64,000 bases of DNA from Phoronis australis (taxonomy: Eukaryota > Animalia > Phoronida), in assembly GCA_002633005.1 (NCBI GenBank), contig NMRA01000688.1:4977-68976 (forward strand), written 5' to 3'. A program made the translations under genes and the position numbers. Position 1 is the first letter of the stretch. Each line of letters begins with the position of its first letter. Below, one piece after another: positions 57,666 to 64,000 of the stretch. Under the pieces are notes generated by a model that saw nothing but the letters and a program-made list of their open reading frames with translations, made no database searches and was not told the origin of the DNA.

Positions 57666-60600
57666 GTTTCTTCCAGAACCGTTTTCTATCACGGACACTG
57701 TCATCATCATGAGTTGGCCATTCTATATACGTCACATGTCTCGTGAAACATTTCAGTTTGGACTTGAGTTGCTTCTTTGGGATTTTCTCCATCATCACCA
57801 TGACGATGAATTGTCGCTTGACCTCCAAGAGCCTCATCAGTGCCATTTCCAACTCAAACTCTCCCCACTCGCTGTTCATGAATTTCATTGTCATGACAAA
57901 TATGATGCTGCGACTGTGATTCATGCTATTTATTATATTCTGACGAATCCACTCTCCAGCCCTGAAGTCTCGATGATGAATACAGAGTTTGAATTGATAG
58001 TCATTTCCCTCTTCTAACTCTGGCATCATGTTGTCTTTCACCCATTTGACATCGTCAATATTATAGCACACCATTGCATCATACTCATAAGTTTCTCTGA
58101 CAGGACACTTTCTGAATTTGTACTTGAAGTAGTACCAGTATTTTATGTCCAACCTGTAGTGTGCCAGCACAAGTACAGGGGTAATTAAAAGTACAAGACC
58201 AACACTGGAGAGTACAATTACAACATAGATATGTCCATCACATTCTATCCAAGGTAACTGAAAATGAGTAATGTCATTTTCTCTCAGTGTCGTTGGATAG
58301 CTGCAGTTATCTATGCGTTGTTCTTGTAGATGTCTAGCATTATCTAACCAGTCTCTGAGGTCTCGTAGTTTGCAGTTGCAGTCAAACTTATTCTTTTGCA
58401 AATAAATGATTCTCAAGTTCCCAAGCCCTTTAAGATTGCTTGCATCGAGTGTTGTAATGAAATTGTTGTCTAAGTACAGTTCTTTAAGCATCCTTAGCTG
58501 TGAAAATGTGCCTTTGCCAAGCATGTGCAAGTCATTGTAAGACAAGTTCAAGAATTCCAGGTTTGGAATGTTGGAAAATGCTTTTTCTTCCAATGTGTTG
58601 ATTCGATTATACGATAAACTTAGTGATTTTAGGTTAGGCATCTGCATCCTGTTTAAAGGCTCCTTGTCAATGGACACTCCAGAGTTACTGCTAACGTCCA
58701 AATNTCCAAGGTAACTGAAAATGAGTAATGTCATTTTCTCTCAGTGTCGTTGGATAGCTGCAGTTATCTATACGTTGTTCTTGTAGATGTCTAGCATTAT
58801 CTAACCAGTCTCTGAGGTCTCGTAGTTTGCAGTTGCAGTCAAACTTATTCTTTTGCAAATAAATTATTCTCAAGTTCCCAAGCCCTTTAAGATTGCTTGC
58901 ATCGAGTGTTGTAATGAAATTGTTGTCTAAGTACAGTTCTTTAAGCATCCTTAGCTGTGAAAATGTGCCTTTGCCAAGCATGTGCAAGTCATTGTAAGAC
59001 AAGTTCAAGAATTCCAGGTTTGGAATGTTGGAAAATGCTTTTTCTTCCAATGTGTTGATTCGATTATACGATAAACTTAGTGATTTTAGGTTAGGCATCT
59101 GCATCCTGTTTAAAGGCTCCTTGTCAATGGACACTCCAGAGTTACTGCTAACGTCCAAATTTGTCAGCATAGGAAAGTGAGCATGCTCAGGCAAGGTTGA
59201 AAGCATTTCTACACATCGCTTGCAATTCCGTATCTCTAGTATCCATAGTAGTTCCCATGTTGAAACTAAATAGAAGTTAAAGCAAACATGGCTCCTTTTC
59301 CGAGCTATACAACGAAAGTTGTTTGCCTTTAAGACCTCTAGGTGACTCAGGTTTATCCAGAGAGTAACCAGTCCTATCAGTGTGTTGTCTGATACGTCAA
59401 CATAGCGCAGGTTTTTTAAATCGTGAAGGCTGTACCCATGGTTATGTTGTGATTTGAACCACTTGCCTATATTGTTTAATAATACTGTAGTCAGTGATGT
59501 CAGGTTCTGAATGTTTTGGAAAATATTGTACAAAGAATTGGTTCTATGGAGGCTGTTACCCGTGAGAACTAAGGTTTGAAGTTTACTTAAGCCAGTAAAG
59601 GCATTTTTGTCTACCTTGGAAATATGACACAATGAAATTTCAAGGAATGTTAAAGTGTTCAAACTACTTAAAGCATTTATGGGAATTGTCTTGAGCTTTA
59701 AATTTCGAAGAGTCAGTCTTTTCATTGATTTTGATTGCATAAAGTAAAAGTGATTGACCGTTAAATTGACATCTGGTCCGAACAAAACAAGTTCATGTAT
59801 AGTTACATTGTTTATGCTTTGAAACAACGTTTGAAAGAATTGAGGTTGGTATACATTGACATGTGCCTCCCTTCCTATTATGAGTTCTAGTATGATTGTG
59901 TTTTTGTTTACAAGATATTCAAAGGCCTTCTCCTGAATTTTATATAGTTTGTTTTCTGATAGATTGAGTGCAAGCTCTCGCATTTCATAGTGCTCAAAGT
60001 CTGCAGTTTGCAGATAGCCCACTTGGTTATACGACATGTCCAGAGTTAAATTTTTGGTCAGTAAACAACTGGGTTTGAGGCGCAGACTCTTGATTGCATT
60101 GCCCGTCAAATTTAATAACCGTAGGTTTGGAAATGATATCGGGCACGGCATTACTGTCCAGTTATTATAACTGAAGTCCAAACTGCTAAGATTGTGCAAC
60201 ACAAGATCCAACACAATAGAATCTCCAAGTTTGTATCCGCTTAGTGTTAAATGTTCGAGATTGGGTAGACGTAGTAAAATGTCTTTGACATTGATTTTCT
60301 GTAGCTCTTTTACTTCTGGTAAATCTTTTTTAGTGTGTGGGAATATGTGCAGTTTCTTCAACTGAGAGAGTGGATTGAATGCTGAGGGGTGAATGTTGAT
60401 GAAGGTGAACCATTTCTTTGTTGGTACAAAGTCGAGGGTCAGTTCCGTCAGATTCAACAGGCCGTTGAATGTTGAACTGTTGATGTCAACAAAAATATTG
60501 CAAAACTTGATAATGAGCCTTTGCAATTGTGAGAACTGTCGTAGAGCATTTTTACCAAATTCTCGAACATTGCATCGATTTTTCATTGTCAGCGATGTGA

Positions 60601-60769
60601 TGTCTTTGGGCACTGACTTCATCATAATCTCATATGACGGATATCTTTGATGGTATGTTCTGCCAGAATGGTCTTGGTAGTCAATGATACATTGCCTATA
60701 GCATCTGGTGGCATGCACACTTGCACAGCAGATCACAAGTGTTATGAACAGTTGTATCATTCTAGCCAT
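57595..60769 (-). CDS. Toll-like receptor (TLR-C), 905 aa after collapsing a 456-bp assembly duplication
   Basis: The 692-aa and 379-aa ORFs share an identical peptide. 58248-58703 repeats 58705-59160 around an N at 58704. Removing one copy gives 2718 nt, an uninterrupted frame with signal peptide, LRRs, LRRCT, TM and TIR. Confidence 0.9.
58248..59160. other. Probable scaffolding artefact: 456-bp direct duplication flanking a single N
   Basis: Two copies abut N58704; I saw only two differences between them, both synonymous, as expected for unmerged allelic contig ends. Confidence 0.85.
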
Positions 60770-63167
60770 GCTTCCAATGTTGATTTAAAGCAGGACTTTC
60801 TTGTTGAGTTTGACTGTTCTGTTGGAGCAGGAAGCCAGCGGTGCCTGTAAGTAAAGAGCATACTCCAGTTAGGCACACTGATTGGTCAACCCAATCTTTC
60901 ATGAATGTGCTATCCCCATTTCTTTAAAATCTTTAATTTACAACTTCAGGGCCATCAACAATGAATATTAACTACATTTCGCTCTAACAAAATTAAAATG
61001 AAGCAGAATTGCCCTCACTATAGACCCAACAAATCCGCTCTCCAGGTCCAAGAATTATCCTCATCAGGCTTAAAATTATCGTCAAAGTTAGAATCACTCA
61101 GATTCATTTCACATAGACACTCAATATCAGAAGGTTCATAACAGCAAAAATCTAAACTTCACCGTGTCGTGTCATACTAACTTGATATGGAGAACAGAAT
61201 GTAGATTGATTTATTACAGATGCAGGGGTATGATATTATTGAGTACAGAAAGTCACTCACAAATTCCACTAATAGATGTTTTACAATACCTTCAGCACAT
61301 AATATGGCTGACATGTGGACTATGGTTTCTTCAATTTCCTCAACAAAATGAACAATACTTACTTTCAGGGGTTCTGCATTTTAATTAAGACTGTTTGATG
61401 ACCATTATTCAGTGGAGAAAACTTGTTCTAATAACATGGGGCCCCTGTAAGTGACTGTTAGCATAACAAATATCCCTCATTAATGTTACAAAATGTTGCA
61501 TGTATATTGTTTAGTCTTGGAGAGTTCTAGTTAGGTCTATCCCAAATAACAAACTTGAAATAGGTATTAATCACTTTATGGCCAATGAACGTTCATGTTG
61601 AAACAACCGTTATCTCTTTTTGGTTTTATCATGTGTAATTAAGAATTATACCCCGTAGTATTAACACTCAACACTAAGGGTTCCACCCCCTAAACTTGAA
61701 CCAAAACAATAAGTTTTTCACATTGCATTATATTGGGTTTCCATGAGTGCTGGAATGCTTGGCAGTATTTAATTCTCTAATAAAAGGCCAAAAATCATAG
61801 TTGAAAAAACGTCTTGTCTGTAACTGATATAGGAAGGCATAACACTTATGTTAATGGGCCATTTCGCCGCTGTTCAGCCATGAATGTTGAATTCGGGATT
61901 TAAAAACATTTATCTTGCGGCATTTTCGAATTTTGAATTTGCAATTTTACGGTTGGCCTAGTTTTTTTCTTGAGTTGCTGTTGGTTTCTGATCAATGTGT
62001 TTATAGTGGAAATAGTAAGGAATATTAAGAGAACGATTTTATTAGAGTATAAGGCTTAATTCAATTTTTCGTTGTTTAGCCAGCTAAACAGTGGCAAATA
62101 CAGCTGCTGTAACTATATCAGTTAGGTTTTCAGATTGTCTGATAATATTTCAATTCCCTTTGACACACAAGGCCAGTTTCATGAATAAGGTTTGAAGCTT
62201 AAGTCAAAAATGTGATCATTTGCTCCACACAACTATTTTTTAGCCTGAGTTTAACCACAAACTACCTGCATTTAGTTCTTAGCCTTCAAGTTAGTGTAAG
62301 GAAAACTAAGACCAATTGTACAACAGAAAGTATGGTAGTTTAAATCAGTAGTCGTCTTGGTGACTGTGAGCTGGTGAATAACATCTTAAGAAGCTGAAAT
62401 AGGTCACTGTGACTAGCAACTCAGCGAACCAGTCTCAACCTGTAACAAACTACGAGTTCTTCTCAAGCCATTTTCTAATTTGAGTTAGGAACATCGTGAG
62501 ACCAATTTTATAAAAATGGTAACTTGTCCATATCCAAACCGACAAAGCTTTTTGAGGTATTGCAAGTATACAAAATGATCGTGTAAAAATCTAACAAATA
62601 CCACAGAAGGCAACTTAACTATGTAACCTATGTAAAAATTTGTCTACTTGAAACAACCTAATGAACATTTTTTTTCTAATCTTCGGGTGTATGCAATGTT
62701 AACGGCACAGAGAAGCCAGATAAAATCAAGGAAAACCTAACTGAGACAGGAAGTTGATTTACTGAATTGAGGAGAAATTGATTTGAAGTTCTCATTCCTA
62801 GTTTCTCTCCAGTCACTTGCTAAGAACAGATTTTGACTTGGGGAAATATGCATTAATTTTGACACTTTACTTGTGAGGTTCAGACTGTAACTGCCAAAAC
62901 TTACTGTTGTATCTTGGTAGTTAACTCATCACAGGTTTCCCGTCAGCCCTAGTTCAGCCAAGTATCCACGTGGCAGAAGTGGTGAGAAAATGTTGCTCTG
63001 GGCATGTGCTGCGGGAGGTAACTGACCCTACAAGCCGTGGTGTACTTACTGATGAAGTGGTCTCTACCAATAATAACTTTCTGTGATTTTGCAGCCTTTA
63101 ATTTATTTAGCTAAACATCCCCGTTGTTGATTAATGTCTTACTCAGGGCTTAGAATTTCCCCTTTTA

Positions 63168-64000
63168 CGGTAAAGTCGCGTGATTTTCGGACACTGAAAA
63201 TTAATTCCAATAGAAAAAATTCATTCTTGGACGAATCTCGCGAAATATCATTTTGTGGTGTCCGAATTTGGCGAACCTCCAAATTTGGGTTTCCGCTAGT
63301 GTCCGAATTTCGTGGGTGTACATTATTTCGATGAGCGGTCGTAGCATCAACAATGCTGGCTCGGTCATTTGATAGCAGTATAATTGCAGGTAAATGAGAC
63401 TCAAATGGTCTGAGCGATTAATTTTTGAAAATCTGGCTTTCCCAATAAGAAATGTGCGCCGTCGACGCACAAAGACCGTTCCCAACAAGTGTTGGTTCTT
63501 CTTTTCAAAGATGTGCTTTCTCAATATGAAATATTCGGCTTGCATTGCCGATGCTCAAAAACCGTTCTCCGCAAGTGACGGAATCTTTTCAAAACTGCGC
63601 TATCCCACTTGAAATATCGGGCTGCGTTGCGAAGAGTCTTCCTGGTGACAAATATGGGCTTTTCAATGAGTGGGTCTGGTTTGCGTTGTTGACGCACATG
63701 AAACGTTAGACAACCGATTCTCTTTTGTAAAAATGCGTTTTCTCAATAACAAAAATGTCGAGTTTGCGCTGTGAACGCATGGTTTCCCAATAAAATGCTG
63801 GAATTGCGTATTCGGCGCACAAAGAGGGTTCCCGACCATCAAAACATGCGCTTTCTCAATTTTAACGAATTTTGCATTAAACGTAACAGTAATGGATGTG
63901 GGAACGAGTTCAATGAAGAAAGTGACGAACAATGACAAGAACATAGCATATATTTATGTTTGTTAAACGTATCCATGCATTGTCTGCTGGTTACAAACCG
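63168..64000. mobile_element. Second copy of the 44226 element (runs off the window)
   Basis: TA-CGGTAAAGTCGCGTGATTTTCGGACA, with colinear high similarity to 44226-45100. Confidence 0.8.

Noticed and set aside
57595-58734. Separate 379-aa short TLR plus a 692-aa secreted LRR protein
   Set aside because: Explained by a 456-bp duplication around an N; the collapsed sequence is one intact ORF.
62740-62860. ETS-like (ACAGGAAGT) and NF-kB-like (GGGGAAAT) sites as the TLR-C promoter
   Set aside because: Short motifs expected by chance, and the transcription start is unknown.

Overview
Eukaryotic, AT-rich genomic DNA from an invertebrate bilaterian (lophotrochozoan-like repeat content; taxon is inference only). 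The + strand carries a spliced IGHMBP2/SMUBP-2 (Upf1-like SF1B helicase) gene. I traced 14 phase-consistent GT-AG coding exons from 2264 to 28071, ending mid-R3H; I found no remaining R3H or AN1 zinc-finger exons in the window. Downstream on the - strand lie three tandem Toll-like receptor genes with intronless CDSs (31251-33983, 48531-51257, 57595-60769), so they are probably nested antisense in a >36 kb IGHMBP2 intron. The third TLR is split only by a 456-bp assembly overlap around a single N. The TLRs share a TLR3-like Ala in the TIR BB-loop and a four-Cys variable loop in the ectodomain. The second and third have homogenised TM-TIR regions and 89-bp tandem copies of their own C-terminus plus stop codon. 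Non-coding DNA is rich in DNA transposon relics: two TTAA-flanked Kolobok-like elements with THAP remnants, two copies of a TA-flanked element, and many co-oriented Helentron-like HINE elements. The ~150-bp internal subrepeats of the HINEs each carry a near-consensus CTCF motif. No prokaryotic features (CRISPR, rRNA, operons) are present.
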